A DNA stretch of 64,000 bases from contig JARBTX010000002.1 of assembly GCA_029239975.1 (NCBI GenBank), positions 2,482 through 66,481 on the forward strand, written 5' to 3'. A program made the position numbers and the translations under genes. This DNA comes from Anaerocolumna sp. GTDB taxonomy: Bacteria; Bacillota; Clostridia; Lachnospirales; Lachnospiraceae. This document shows positions 19,294-29,617 of the stretch, piece by piece (within the stretch, counting starts at the first letter, position 1; every line of letters begins with the position of its first letter). The notes under the pieces were generated by a model. It saw nothing but the letters and a program-made list of their open reading frames with translations, did no database searches and was not told where the DNA came from.

Positions 19294-20604
19294 ATGCAAG
19301 AAACAATTAATTATGAATTATTGGAATATATTAAAGTTGCAACCTCACCTTATCAAGTTGTGGAAGAATCAATTAAAAAATTAGAGTCAGCTGGTTTTAT
19401 GGAACTTAAAATGAAAGATAGTTGGTGTTTAGTAGCTGGTAATTCCTATTATGTTAAGCCATTTGATACCAACTTATTTGCTTTTACAGTAGGAAGTGAG
19501 TGGGTAAATAAAAATAATTTACGTATCGCAGCAGCACACACAGATCATCCAGGATTTCGTGTTAAGCCGAATGCAGAAATGATATCAGGCAACTACCTAA
19601 AACTAAATACAGAAGTTTACGGTGGTCCAATATTAAGTACTTGGATGGATCGACCATTATCAATTGCTGGAAGAGTTGCTTTAAAAAGTAATGACCCATT
19701 TCACCCAGAGATAAGATTATTAGATATCAAGAAACCATTATTAACAATTCCTAATATGGCAATACATATTAATAGGGATGTTAATAAAGGAGTAGAATTA
19801 AATAAGCAAATAGATACCATTCCTATTATATCTATGCGTAAAGGGAATGAAGAGAAAGATGCTAATAGAAATAAAGATTTCTTTAAACAATTTATTGCAG
19901 AAGAGTTAAAGGTAAACAGTCAAGATATTCTTGATTATGACATGTATATTTATAATACAGAGACAGGTTTGATAATAGGTATCGAGAATGAACTTATTTC
20001 TTGTCCAAGACTTGATAATTTAACATCTGTTTGGGCACTTGTGAAGGGTTTAATTGAAGGTAAACGTAAGGAAGGTATTAATCTTATTGCATTATATGAT
20101 AACGAAGAAGTAGGTAGCCATAGTAAACAGGGTGCAGATTCTTCTTATTTAAACATACTTTTAGAAAAAATATATGCAGGACTTGGGTTTAGTGATCGCG
20201 TTAAGATTTATGAAGGAATGGCGGATGGTATATTGTTATCCGTTGATGTGGCTCACGCTGTTCATCCAAACCATCCTGAAAAATATGACCCAACAAATCA
20301 AACTACTTTAAACGGTGGTATTGTCTTTAAAATTGATAGCAATCAAAAATATACGTTTGATACAGAAGCAATTGCTATAATACAGCAAATCTGTGAAAAA
20401 GTTGGAGTAAAATATCAAAAATTTGTTAACCGATCTGATATGCCAGGTGGTGGTACATTAGGACCAATTATATCATCTTGGCTTCCAATGAAGGCTGTTG
20501 ACTTAGGAATTCCAATGTTAGCAATGCATTCTGCAAGAGAGTTAATGGGTGCAGAAGACCAACTACATTTAGAAACTTTAATTAAAGGTTTCTTTGAATT
20601 ATAA
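19294..20604 (+). CDS. M18 family (aspartyl) aminopeptidase
   Basis: AHTDHP, RLDNL, DNEEVGS, DVAHAVHPN, MHSARE. Confidence 0.95.
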   Translation: MQETINYELLEYIKVATSPYQVVEESIKKLESAGFMELKMKDSWCLVAGNSYYVKPFDTNLFAFTVGSEWVNKNNLRIAAAHTDHPGFRVKPNAEMISGNYLKLNTEVYGGPILSTWMDRPLSIAGRVALKSNDPFHPEIRLLDIKKPLLTIPNMAIHINRDVNKGVELNKQIDTIPIISMRKGNEEKDANRNKDFFKQFIAEELKVNSQDILDYDMYIYNTETGLIIGIENELISCPRLDNLTSVWALVKGLIEGKRKEGINLIALYDNEEVGSHSKQGADSSYLNILLEKIYAGLGFSDRVKIYEGMADGILLSVDVAHAVHPNHPEKYDPTNQTTLNGGIVFKIDSNQKYTFDTEAIAIIQQICEKVGVKYQKFVNRSDMPGGGTLGPIISSWLPMKAVDLGIPMLAMHSARELMGAEDQLHLETLIKGFFEL

Positions 20605-20722
20605 GATATTTATAACTCGCAAATGGTTTGGCAAAATATTCGAAACAGGAAAAGTTATTATAGGTATCCTATAAATATCATTATACAAAATTACTAAAAA
20701 CAAAAAAAATATTAACAGTCTA

Positions 20723-20751
20723 TTGACAAATCTTACAAAAACTGTTATTAT
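20723..20751 (+). promoter_or_regulatory. sigmaA promoter with extended -10
   Basis: TTGACA(20723)-17-TATTAT(20746), TG at 20743-44. Confidence 0.7.
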
Positions 20752-20757
20752 CATATA

Positions 20758-20900
20758 AGTCGATACAAGAAGGTATTGTACTAGAGGAAGTAAGCACGCG
20801 TTGGGGAACGTGAGAGGGCAGAAGCTATTATAAAGTAAGACTAACTGATACATGTACTTGGATTACGGGGTGCATATTTGGTTAGTCTTATTTTATTTTT
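20758..20900 (+). ncRNA. Candidate sRNA or attenuating leader upstream of the LytTR regulator
   Basis: Promoter, G-rich 5' part with cgtt-gggg-aacg hairpin, long 3' hairpin aagtaagactaac/gttagtcttattt plus U-tract. Confidence 0.5.
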
Positions 20901-20942
20901 CACCTAGTTAGATATAAACAATCACACTACTCATAATAAAGG

Positions 20943-21668
20943 ATGGAACTAATACATATGATTTTGCAAATCGCAGTATGTGATGATGAAAAAGTGACAT
21001 TAGAAGAATTAGAAAAGCAACTTAATAAAGAATTTGCGACAACAGATTTAGAATATGAAATACATAGTTTTACAAATAGTCTTGATTTATTGGAAGCAAC
21101 TAAAACAATAATCTTTGACATCTTATTCCTAGATATTGAAATGCCACAAGTTACAGGTATTGAGTTAGCTGCAGAAATAAGAGCAGTTAATAATTTTGTA
21201 TATATAATATTTATAACGAATAGGGAAGATTTAGTGTTTCAATCGATACATTTTAGACCATTTCGATTTATTCGTAAAAAGTATCTTTACGAAGAACTAT
21301 CGGAGGCAATCCTTGCGTTGACAAAGAAAATAAAAGCAGAGAATATATATTATAAAATTAATTTTCAAAATACTACAATAGAAATCAAAATAACTGAAAT
21401 ATTATATATCGAGAGTTTCAGGCATGATATATATTTAAATAGCAAGGACACTACCTATCGAATAAGAAGCAATCTTAGTAAGATGGAAAAAGAATTAGAG
21501 CCTTTAGGGTTTATTAGAGTACATAGTGGGTACTTGGTAAATTATAGATATATTTTTTCAATTGAAAAAACAAAGGTGATTTTAAGTAATCAAGACAGTA
21601 TACCCTTGAGCCGGTATCGGTTTGAAGCAGTAAAGCAAAAACTTCAACTTTATATGAGGGATTATTAA
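20943..21668 (+). CDS. LytTR-family response regulator (AgrA/VirR-like); start may be 20958
   Basis: IAVCDDE, FLDIEMP, YIESFRH, FIRVHSGYLVN, IPLSR. Confidence 0.95.
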   Translation: MELIHMILQIAVCDDEKVTLEELEKQLNKEFATTDLEYEIHSFTNSLDLLEATKTIIFDILFLDIEMPQVTGIELAAEIRAVNNFVYIIFITNREDLVFQSIHFRPFRFIRKKYLYEELSEAILALTKKIKAENIYYKINFQNTTIEIKITEILYIESFRHDIYLNSKDTTYRIRSNLSKMEKELEPLGFIRVHSGYLVNYRYIFSIEKTKVILSNQDSIPLSRYRFEAVKQKLQLYMRDY

Positions 21669-21669
21669 T

Positions 21670-22989
21670 ATGAGTTTTTTAATTATTGAAAATGTAACAT
21701 CATTGATACAAAATTCTATTTCTACTAACTTTATTACAAAATACTTAGGATGGAAAAAGAAAGACAAATGGAATGTAATTGGAATTTTAGTTACATTAAT
21801 AGTATTACAGTTTGTAAGTTTGGCGCTAGGAAGATGTTCAACGTATCAAGGTGTCAGGTTGTTTATAAATACAAGTGTTTTTATGTTATATAGTATAATT
21901 TTATTAAATGGGTCTACCTATCTAAAAATAGGTATTGTTTTCTTAAATATTGGAATAAAGAATTTGGTACGGATTTGTATTTTAATAGTCGTAAATTACC
22001 TTTTTCCATTAAACATGCCAGAACCGATTTTTTCTAATGAAATTAATCGGATCATTATTATTGTAATATCAATATTAAGTTATTTATTCTTAACTAATGT
22101 TTTATTACGAATTTTTAAGCATAAGAAATTTTCATTAACTAGTATAGAATGGTTAGCTATATTACTGGTTTTTCTTGCATCCTTTATAATTAGTTTATTG
22201 GTATTTGAAATGTTGGTATCTAATCCAGAGTCCAAGAGAAACACGGTTTTCGCTATATGTATTATTGCATTTTTAATTACTATAAATGCAATATGTTACT
22301 TTTTATTTGTAAATATTAGCAAAAAGAACAATGAAAAATTATATTATTCTTTTGTTGAATTACAATTACTAGAACAAGAAAAAAGTTTTCTTGATATGAG
22401 AAAATCTTATGAAGAAATAAGAAAAATACGTCATGACATAAAAAATTATTTAGAATGTGCATCTACACTTTTACATAATGGTAAAGTGGTAGAAGCAAAA
22501 AATTATTTGTCTAGTATTTTAGAAAAAAAAATGAATATTGATATGCGATTAGTCACTTCAAAAAGTGAAATTGTTAACGCTGTCATTAGTTCAAAAATAT
22601 CAATATGTAAAAAAAACAACATAAATTTTGTTTATGAAATCATAGGTAGTGTGGAAGAAGTTCCGGAGCTTGATCTAAGTATATTGTTGTCAAACCTGTT
22701 AAACAACGCAATTGAAGCTGCAATGAAAGTTGAAAATAATGCAGAAATATCCTTAAAAATTTACGATGATAGAAATTATCTTGTAATTTTAATAGGCAAT
22801 ACAATTAATGAATCAGTATTAAAGAAAAATCCTAATTTATACACCACAAAAGATGATAAATTACAACATGGTATTGGAAGTTTAAACATCAAAGATATAG
22901 TTAAGAAACATAATGGAATGATGAGCATTTATGAGGAATATGGAAAATTTATTGTAGATATTTGGTTAAGTAGGGGTAAAAACACTTAG
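21670..22989 (+). CDS. AgrC/VirS-like membrane GHKL sensor kinase
   Basis: 6-7 TM segments, RHDIKNY, NLLNNAIEA, TTK....HGIG. Confidence 0.93.
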   Translation: MSFLIIENVTSLIQNSISTNFITKYLGWKKKDKWNVIGILVTLIVLQFVSLALGRCSTYQGVRLFINTSVFMLYSIILLNGSTYLKIGIVFLNIGIKNLVRICILIVVNYLFPLNMPEPIFSNEINRIIIIVISILSYLFLTNVLLRIFKHKKFSLTSIEWLAILLVFLASFIISLLVFEMLVSNPESKRNTVFAICIIAFLITINAICYFLFVNISKKNNEKLYYSFVELQLLEQEKSFLDMRKSYEEIRKIRHDIKNYLECASTLLHNGKVVEAKNYLSSILEKKMNIDMRLVTSKSEIVNAVISSKISICKKNNINFVYEIIGSVEEVPELDLSILLSNLLNNAIEAAMKVENNAEISLKIYDDRNYLVILIGNTINESVLKKNPNLYTTKDDKLQHGIGSLNIKDIVKKHNGMMSIYEEYGKFIVDIWLSRGKNT

Positions 22990-23006
22990 TAAATAGGTAA
23001 TTGGTA

Positions 23007-23074
23007 CCAAACTTGCCTTATACTAAGCCAAATATGCAAATTATATTGAAAGTTGTAATCATATCAGTTAATAT
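23007..23074 (+). promoter_or_regulatory. LytTR-type direct repeats plus sigmaA promoter
   Basis: ccaaacttgc(23007) and ccaaatatgc(23028), 21-bp period, then TTGAAA(23046)-17-TAATAT(23069). Confidence 0.65.
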
Positions 23075-23079
23075 CAAGA

Positions 23080-23203
23080 TGAATTTGTTTATGTAAAAAA
23101 CAAATTTACTCCGGGAAAGTAAACTGTGATAATATTTGGACTCCTACAAACCAATTTATCTATGTTAAACTAACAATAATTCATTTACTTCCCGGATTTT
23201 TTT
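23080..23203 (+). ncRNA. Candidate structured sRNA with anti-Shine-Dalgarno (CUCCU) loop
   Basis: 5' hairpin aatttgttt/aaacaaatt; closing stem tccgggaaagtaaa/tttacttcccgga plus T7; inner hairpin ttgg-actcctacaaa-ccaa; no RBS-led ORF seen. Confidence 0.55.
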
Positions 23204-23205
23204 AA

Positions 23206-24525
23206 CTAATGAATGATCCAATCGCCCAGTACATCAGTTGCTAAAGCATAAGCATTATCTAAACTAAATATGCTATTCTTTTCAAGGTCTATTACACCGT
23301 GTCTTAGCGATAACTCTTTTGTATAGTCCGTTAATCTATAAACACCATATTCATAATTATTTGGCTTTTCATAGTGAGTGATAATAGGGGTTATACCATT
23401 TTGTATTATTGAAACTTTAGAATCTATTTTTTCTAATGTTATCTTTGCCATTCCTCCAAGCATTCTAGGAGCTTCTCTTTGATATGAAACATAATTTCCA
23501 AGAGAATAATAAACTAGCATTTTATGGTTCTTATCTCCATTTACCCATTCAATTGGCTCAATGACATGTGGGTGACTTCCAATTACTAAATCAACCTCTT
23601 CTTCTGCAAAAAATCTAGTCCATTCTTTTTGACTATTATCTGGTTCATATACATATTCCGTCCCCCAATGTGGAAACACAATAATAAAATCTGCTAGTTC
23701 CTTTGCTTTTTTAATATCCTTTTTTATCTTAGACTTGTCCAACATGTTCACAAGATATGGTTTATCATTAGGCAAGGTATATCCATTTAATCCGTAAGTA
23801 TAATTTAGAAGTGCAATCTTTATATCATTTTTTTCAATGATAGGAATTGTTTCACGTTCCAATTTACTAGAGTTTAATCCTACCATAGTAATGTTCTTGT
23901 CTTTCCAGTATCCGATAGTATTTTTTATTCCTTCAAATCCTTTATCCATAGAATGATTGGTAGCTTGTAAAACTACATCAAAACCTGCATGAATAATAGC
24001 ATCTCCTATTTCAGTAGGTGAATTAAATACTGGATACCCAGTATAGGGAAATTTACTTCCGCCTAGTATGGTTTCTTGATTTATAATAGCAATATCAGCA
24101 CCTGATATTTCATCTTTTAAATGAGAAAATAAGTGATCATAGTTATAAGAACCATCAGATTGTTTTCCACTTTCTATTACTTGTTCGTGAATTAGGTTAT
24201 CACCTACAGCAAGTAAAGTTAGAGTCTTTCTTTCTGCAGCAGGAGTGATTGGAGGTGGAGTTACCGTAATAGTTGGTGCAGGTGTAACAACTGGCATGGA
24301 AGATACAAATGAAGTTAGGGATGCGTTTATATTTATCTCCTTAGAAGGAGCAACCAGTTTGTTAGGTGATTTAATATTGGTGGTATCTGATGTTTCGGTA
24401 GTAGGATGTGACGCAGAAACTAGGACAGATCGAGTTTCTGTTTCAGATTCACAGCCAGAAATAATTGTTAAAGAGAACAATAATAACATTATTATTAAAT
24501 AATAATGCATTTTTAGCTTTTTCAT
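23206..24525 (-). CDS. CapA (PGA_cap) family metallophosphatase-fold lipoprotein
   Basis: Lipobox IISGC, AVGDNLIH, INQET, ATNHSMD, PHWGTEY, GSHPHV, YSLGNY. Confidence 0.9.
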   Translation of the reverse strand: MKKLKMHYYLIIMLLLFSLTIISGCESETETRSVLVSASHPTTETSDTTNIKSPNKLVAPSKEININASLTSFVSSMPVVTPAPTITVTPPPITPAAERKTLTLLAVGDNLIHEQVIESGKQSDGSYNYDHLFSHLKDEISGADIAIINQETILGGSKFPYTGYPVFNSPTEIGDAIIHAGFDVVLQATNHSMDKGFEGIKNTIGYWKDKNITMVGLNSSKLERETIPIIEKNDIKIALLNYTYGLNGYTLPNDKPYLVNMLDKSKIKKDIKKAKELADFIIVFPHWGTEYVYEPDNSQKEWTRFFAEEEVDLVIGSHPHVIEPIEWVNGDKNHKMLVYYSLGNYVSYQREAPRMLGGMAKITLEKIDSKVSIIQNGITPIITHYEKPNNYEYGVYRLTDYTKELSLRHGVIDLEKNSIFSLDNAYALATDVLGDWIIH

Positions 24526-24602
24526 TTATAATTTCTCCTATACGTTTTGTAGAGTTTGGAATAATTCATCTAGAGTATACCACATTTTGGAATAAAAATA
24601 AT

Positions 24603-24630
24603 TAAAGATTTTCGACAAAAAAGCCGAAAT
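24603..24630 (+). promoter_or_regulatory. sigma28 (SigD/FliA) promoter
   Basis: TAAA-16-GCCGAAAT versus consensus TAAA-N15/16-GCCGATAT; upstream of a flagellin-containing operon. Confidence 0.7.
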
Positions 24631-24681
24631 ATGATTTAACTATGTAACTTGTCAAGTAACTAAAAAAGAGAGTGTGAATCT

Positions 24682-27600
24682 ATGAACGTAAATGGAGTAT
24701 ATGGGAATGGTAATCTTAAGTCTTTCGAAAAAATAAATCAACATGTTTCAAAGGAATTAGAAAGTACTTCCATAGAAAGCAAATCAACCGAATTCATTCC
24801 TTCCATAACTCAATCGGAACCTGGCTTTACAGACCAATTACAAAACCAGACTGAGCCAGTACAAAAAGAAGTAGTGATTACGGAAGAAGAACGTTTAAAA
24901 GACAACTTCGACCGTATGACAGAAGATGATTATAAGGATTTATCTGATGAGGGAATGACATTGGATGAATATAATTTAGAACGATTAGAACGTGTGTTGA
25001 CAAGAATAAAAAATCAAAGAGCAGTAAAAGAAGAAAATCTAAATGACCAAATAGAAACCAACGAACAAAAACAAAAAGAAGTAAAAGAAATGAACCGTTT
25101 GAATGGTGTATCTAAGAAAATCGTTGAGAAGTTAGTTGAAGCTGATCTTCCGGTAACGGAGGCAAATGTAGCTAAAATAGCTAATGCTATGGAAATGGCT
25201 GGTGCAGCGAACCATATATCGGATAAAGCTATGCATTATCTTATAAAAACAAACTTAGAACCAACCATTGAAAACATCTATAAAGCTAGTTACAGCGGTC
25301 ACTATTCTAACTCCTATTCATTATCACAAGAAGCTTGGGATGGACTTAAGAGTAAAGTAGAACATGTACTTAAAGATGCAGAATTAGAAATTAATGATGA
25401 AAACATAAGTAATGCCAAATGGTTACTAGATAACCAATTACCGTTAACAGAGCAGACCCTATGGACATTAAAAGATTTAAAAGGAATAGAAAATCATATA
25501 AATATTGATGATGTATTAAATAAAACAGTTACTGCTGTTGCAAATGGCCAAAAACCAGAAAGTGCTTCATTAAGCTTTATTGATTCAGAAAAAGCAAAAC
25601 AAGCCATGGAAGCTTTTAATAGTATTAGTGATGAAGCAATTACTTTAGCTGTTAAGCAAACCACGAATATTGAAACTATCAATTGTAATGTATTACAAGA
25701 AGCACAAAGGCTATTAGAAATATACATTGATACAGGCGATAGTGCAAAGGACAGCAGTAAACAATCAAACAACTTCTTAGAAGAAAATACAAAAAACCTA
25801 CAAGAACTTGATATCCAAACCATCCAAGTAAGAAGACAATTAGAAGAAATTAGATTAAAGATGACGGTAGAAGCAGGTCAGCAACTAATAAAAAAGGGAT
25901 TTCACTTACAAACGGATGAATTAAGTAAAGTAGTTGATGGATTAAAAGAAATAGAAAATGAGTACTATAGCAATCTTTTAAAAGAAGGAAATGCATCTGT
26001 TTCTAGTGAAAATATCGAACTTTTAAAAGGTTCATTACAAGGTATTAGCGAATTAAAAGGAATGCCAAGTTATATACTTGGAAGTACCTTATCAACAAGA
26101 GAAATTCAGACTGTAAAAGGTTTACTTGATGAAGGAAATCAAATAAAACAAACACTTGATAAAGCAAATCAGTCCTATGAAGCATTAATGACCAAACCTA
26201 GGTCAGATATGGGAGATTCTATAAAAAAAGCTTTTCAAAATGTAGATGCAATATTAGAAGATCTTTCAATGGAAACTACAAACGCAAATCAAAGAGCCGT
26301 TCGTATATTGGGCTACAATGGAATTGATATTACAAAGGAAAATATAAATCAAGTAAAAGCTTACGATGAACAAGTGAATGTTATGATGAAAAACTTACAT
26401 CCGGCAGTTACTGTGGAACTGATTAAAGAAGGTATTAACCCATTTAATATACCAATACAAGAACTGAATCAACAAATCACTCAGATTAAAAATGAAATTG
26501 GTATTAAGGATGACGAAAAATATAGTAAATATCTATATAAACTTGATAAAGAAAAAAGCATTTCAGAAGAAGAACGTAAATCTTATATAGGTATTTATAG
26601 ACTTATCAATGCAGTAGAAAAATCAGATGGTGCAGCACTTGGAGCTGTTATAAAGGCAGATCAAGAGATAACTATGAGTAATCTCTTAACTGCAATAAGA
26701 ACAAAACAAAGTGGCGGTATTAAAACATCCATTGATGATAATTTTGGAACGTTAGAAAATATTTCATTCCATAAAGACAGAATCCATGAACAAATAAATG
26801 CAGCATTTTTATCTACATTATCGAATAATGAATCTAGTTCCACTCAAAGTAGGGAAGGAATTAGCACAGTTTATAATGGAACAGATGATATGATTTCAGA
26901 GCAAGTTAACTACATCAATCAATTACTTTCTGAAATAAAAGATGAATTATCACCGTATAAGTTAAAAACCATAGATGATATGGAAGGAATTTTTAATCAA
27001 TCCATTGAAAAGCTTTATGATAATTTGAATCAAGTTCCTAATGATAATGAGATAGAACGAGAGTACTATAAAGATAAATTAAATGCATACCAAGAGATGA
27101 TAAAAGATTCACGCGATGCATTAAAGTATCTAGAGAACTATAACATACCAAACAGCATTAATAATATACAAGCTGCCAATGACATTATGAATAAAGATAA
27201 ATCTATTTATAAGCAATTGAAGCAATTTTTGACAAAACAAGAAAATATACCAGAATCCGATGAAGACAACACTGATTTAACTGGTATAAATCCAACGGAT
27301 ATTTCAGACAGATTAATTCAATCATTAAATAACAAAGAATCCATGCAAACACAATATGAAAATATGGATACGGATGTAAGCAACTATTTGAATAAAATAT
27401 ATGAAAATTCCACTATTTCATCAGGTGATATTGCAACATTAAAAAGAATCAACAACGGTATAAGCTTTATGAATAAACTAGCAAAAAGTGAAAGTTATGA
27501 AATTCCAATTACAATTGGTGAAAAAATAACTAATGTAAATGTAACATTTGTACGAAATACTGATATGAATGGAAAAATTGATATTAAACTTTCATCGGAT

Positions 27601-27963
27601 GTAATGGGGGATATCACAATGAGCTTATCCGTAAAGGATCAACAGCTAAAAGGACTCATATTATGTGATAATAGAAATTCTCTCAACTTAATGGAAGCAT
27701 CTATGGAGAACATAAAAACAGCTATTATAGATGCAGGTGTTGAAGTAAAGCAGCTACATTGTGTAATGGAACAAAGGGGTATCAACCCGAAAAATGATAC
27801 AAAGCTAGTGAATTTTTATAATAAAAATCAAGTGAATAAGGAAGAAAGTAAAAGCAGAAAAGAAACAGCAACAGATAATTCTAATATTTCAACGGAACAG
27901 TTATATAGTGTGGCAAAATCAATTTTAATTACTTTTAAAGAATTGGAATCACAGAAAGTATAG
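24682..27963 (+). CDS. Large flagellum-associated protein (DUF6240-like; FliK-like C-terminal region)
   Basis: 1093 aa, helical, recurring L...nlp.t.eNi motif; C-terminal YEIPI..G....VNV..beta-rich segment; directly upstream of flagellin. Confidence 0.65.
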   Translation: MNVNGVYGNGNLKSFEKINQHVSKELESTSIESKSTEFIPSITQSEPGFTDQLQNQTEPVQKEVVITEEERLKDNFDRMTEDDYKDLSDEGMTLDEYNLERLERVLTRIKNQRAVKEENLNDQIETNEQKQKEVKEMNRLNGVSKKIVEKLVEADLPVTEANVAKIANAMEMAGAANHISDKAMHYLIKTNLEPTIENIYKASYSGHYSNSYSLSQEAWDGLKSKVEHVLKDAELEINDENISNAKWLLDNQLPLTEQTLWTLKDLKGIENHINIDDVLNKTVTAVANGQKPESASLSFIDSEKAKQAMEAFNSISDEAITLAVKQTTNIETINCNVLQEAQRLLEIYIDTGDSAKDSSKQSNNFLEENTKNLQELDIQTIQVRRQLEEIRLKMTVEAGQQLIKKGFHLQTDELSKVVDGLKEIENEYYSNLLKEGNASVSSENIELLKGSLQGISELKGMPSYILGSTLSTREIQTVKGLLDEGNQIKQTLDKANQSYEALMTKPRSDMGDSIKKAFQNVDAILEDLSMETTNANQRAVRILGYNGIDITKENINQVKAYDEQVNVMMKNLHPAVTVELIKEGINPFNIPIQELNQQITQIKNEIGIKDDEKYSKYLYKLDKEKSISEEERKSYIGIYRLINAVEKSDGAALGAVIKADQEITMSNLLTAIRTKQSGGIKTSIDDNFGTLENISFHKDRIHEQINAAFLSTLSNNESSSTQSREGISTVYNGTDDMISEQVNYINQLLSEIKDELSPYKLKTIDDMEGIFNQSIEKLYDNLNQVPNDNEIEREYYKDKLNAYQEMIKDSRDALKYLENYNIPNSINNIQAANDIMNKDKSIYKQLKQFLTKQENIPESDEDNTDLTGINPTDISDRLIQSLNNKESMQTQYENMDTDVSNYLNKIYENSTISSGDIATLKRINNGISFMNKLAKSESYEIPITIGEKITNVNVTFVRNTDMNGKIDIKLSSDVMGDITMSLSVKDQQLKGLILCDNRNSLNLMEASMENIKTAIIDAGVEVKQLHCVMEQRGINPKNDTKLVNFYNKNQVNKEESKSRKETATDNSNISTEQLYSVAKSILITFKELESQKV

Positions 27964-27999
27964 ATAAAATTAGTAAAATACAGATTGGAGATATAAATA

Positions 28000-29535
28000 A
28001 TGAGAATTAATCATAATATTTCAGCATTAAAAGCAAACAATCAATTAGGAAGAACGAATAGTGCACTAGACAAAAGTTTAGAAAAGTTATCAAGTGGATA
28101 TCGTATCAACCGTGCAGCAGATGATGCAGCAGGAATGGCAATTTCACAAAAAATGAAAACTCAAATTGCAGGACTAGATCAAGCATCTAGAAATGCTTCA
28201 GATGGTATTTCCGTTATTCAAACAGCAGAAGGTGCTTTAACAGAAGTTGGTACCATGTTACAAAGAATGAGAGAATTATCAGTTCAAGCTTCCAATGGAA
28301 CGAATACTTTAGAAGACCGTGAATCAATTCAAGCTGAAATTGATCAATTAAGAGATGAGATTCAAAGAATTTCTGATACGACTGAATTTAATACAAAAAC
28401 GTTACTTAATGGTAATATGGATCAAAAGTCATACTCAAATAACTCAAGCGTTAACTTAATATCAATGTCTGATACAGTTGCTGACGCTAATTATGATATT
28501 AAAATTACAAAAGATGCAAGACAAGCAGTTCTTGTAGGTACAAAATCGGTATCAAATAATTTAGTTATTGATAGTACATTAGAAGGAAAGATTAATATCA
28601 ATGGTATTGATGTTGAGATCGTTTCAGGAGATACATTAAGTGATGTTTATGAAAAAATTCGTACCGCTTGTGATAATACCAATATAAATGTATTTGCTAC
28701 AGCTGACAATACAACTCATGCAGTAAAACCTTATGATACAGCAGGTTATACAGCTGCTAATATGGGTGATATTTTATCAGGCCCAAGTACAGATACTTAC
28801 AGTTTAGTATTTGTAACAAATGGCTATGGTTCTAAGAATACTCTTGATATTTATTGTGATAATTCAGCTCTTGCAACAAAGTTAGGTTTAAGTGCTCACT
28901 CAAATGCAGTTGGAGTTGATGCAAAAGCTGAAATTACTACTGGATTTGGTTCAACAGCAACCGTTACAACAAATGGTAATTTAGTTAAAATAACAGATGC
29001 AAATGATTTTGAGATGATATTTGAAGTAAAGCCAGGCACAGCAGGAACAGTCTTTACTGATGCAAAAACAGATGGTACTGCTTCCAATGGTGGAACTGGT
29101 GGAACACCAGAAGATGTTACCGTTACCGTTTTAGATGCAGGTCCTATGGAACTTCAAATAGGTGCCAATAAAGGTCAAACTATGGATGTTAGAATTCCTA
29201 AGGTAAATCCTCAAACGTTAGGAATCGATTCCATCAATTTATGTACAGAAGAAGGAGCTCAAGAAGCAATTTCTTTATTAGATGAAGCAATTACATCAGT
29301 TACTGCTATAAGAGCAAAATTAGGTGCTTACCAAAACCGTTTGGAGCATTCTATATCCAATTTAGATGTTGCTAGTGAAAATATGTCAGAAGCATTATCA
29401 AGAATTGAAGACGTTGATATGGCTGAAGAAATGGCGAATTACACACAAAAAAATGTATTAGCACAAGCAGGAACTTCTATGTTAGCTCAAGCCAACGAAA
29501 GACCACAGACAATTCTATCTTTATTACAGGGATAA
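28000..29535 (+). CDS. fliC: Flagellin
   Basis: MRINHNISAL, LSSGYRINRAADDAAG, LQRMRELSVQ, RAKLGAYQNRLEH, SRIEDVDMA. Confidence 0.97.
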   Translation: MRINHNISALKANNQLGRTNSALDKSLEKLSSGYRINRAADDAAGMAISQKMKTQIAGLDQASRNASDGISVIQTAEGALTEVGTMLQRMRELSVQASNGTNTLEDRESIQAEIDQLRDEIQRISDTTEFNTKTLLNGNMDQKSYSNNSSVNLISMSDTVADANYDIKITKDARQAVLVGTKSVSNNLVIDSTLEGKININGIDVEIVSGDTLSDVYEKIRTACDNTNINVFATADNTTHAVKPYDTAGYTAANMGDILSGPSTDTYSLVFVTNGYGSKNTLDIYCDNSALATKLGLSAHSNAVGVDAKAEITTGFGSTATVTTNGNLVKITDANDFEMIFEVKPGTAGTVFTDAKTDGTASNGGTGGTPEDVTVTVLDAGPMELQIGANKGQTMDVRIPKVNPQTLGIDSINLCTEEGAQEAISLLDEAITSVTAIRAKLGAYQNRLEHSISNLDVASENMSEALSRIEDVDMAEEMANYTQKNVLAQAGTSMLAQANERPQTILSLLQG

Positions 29536-29617
29536 GATTCATTTTTATAATCTGGAAGTGTTTATTAGATACTTTTGCAATTGACTTAAGGTTTTAACAG
29601 AAAGGTATGGATGAAAT

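Noticed and set aside
20785-20793. 8-nt complementarity between the upstream RNA (ggaagtaa) and the downstream RNA (ttacttcc)
   Set aside because: Too short to exceed chance, and the downstream segment is already paired in its own stem
20600-23205. AgrB/AgrD genes near the LytTR/GHKL pair
   Set aside because: No AgrB-like membrane ORF and no RBS-led short ORF with a cyclisable Cys/Ser motif found; the 10-codon TTG ORF near 20800 is too weak
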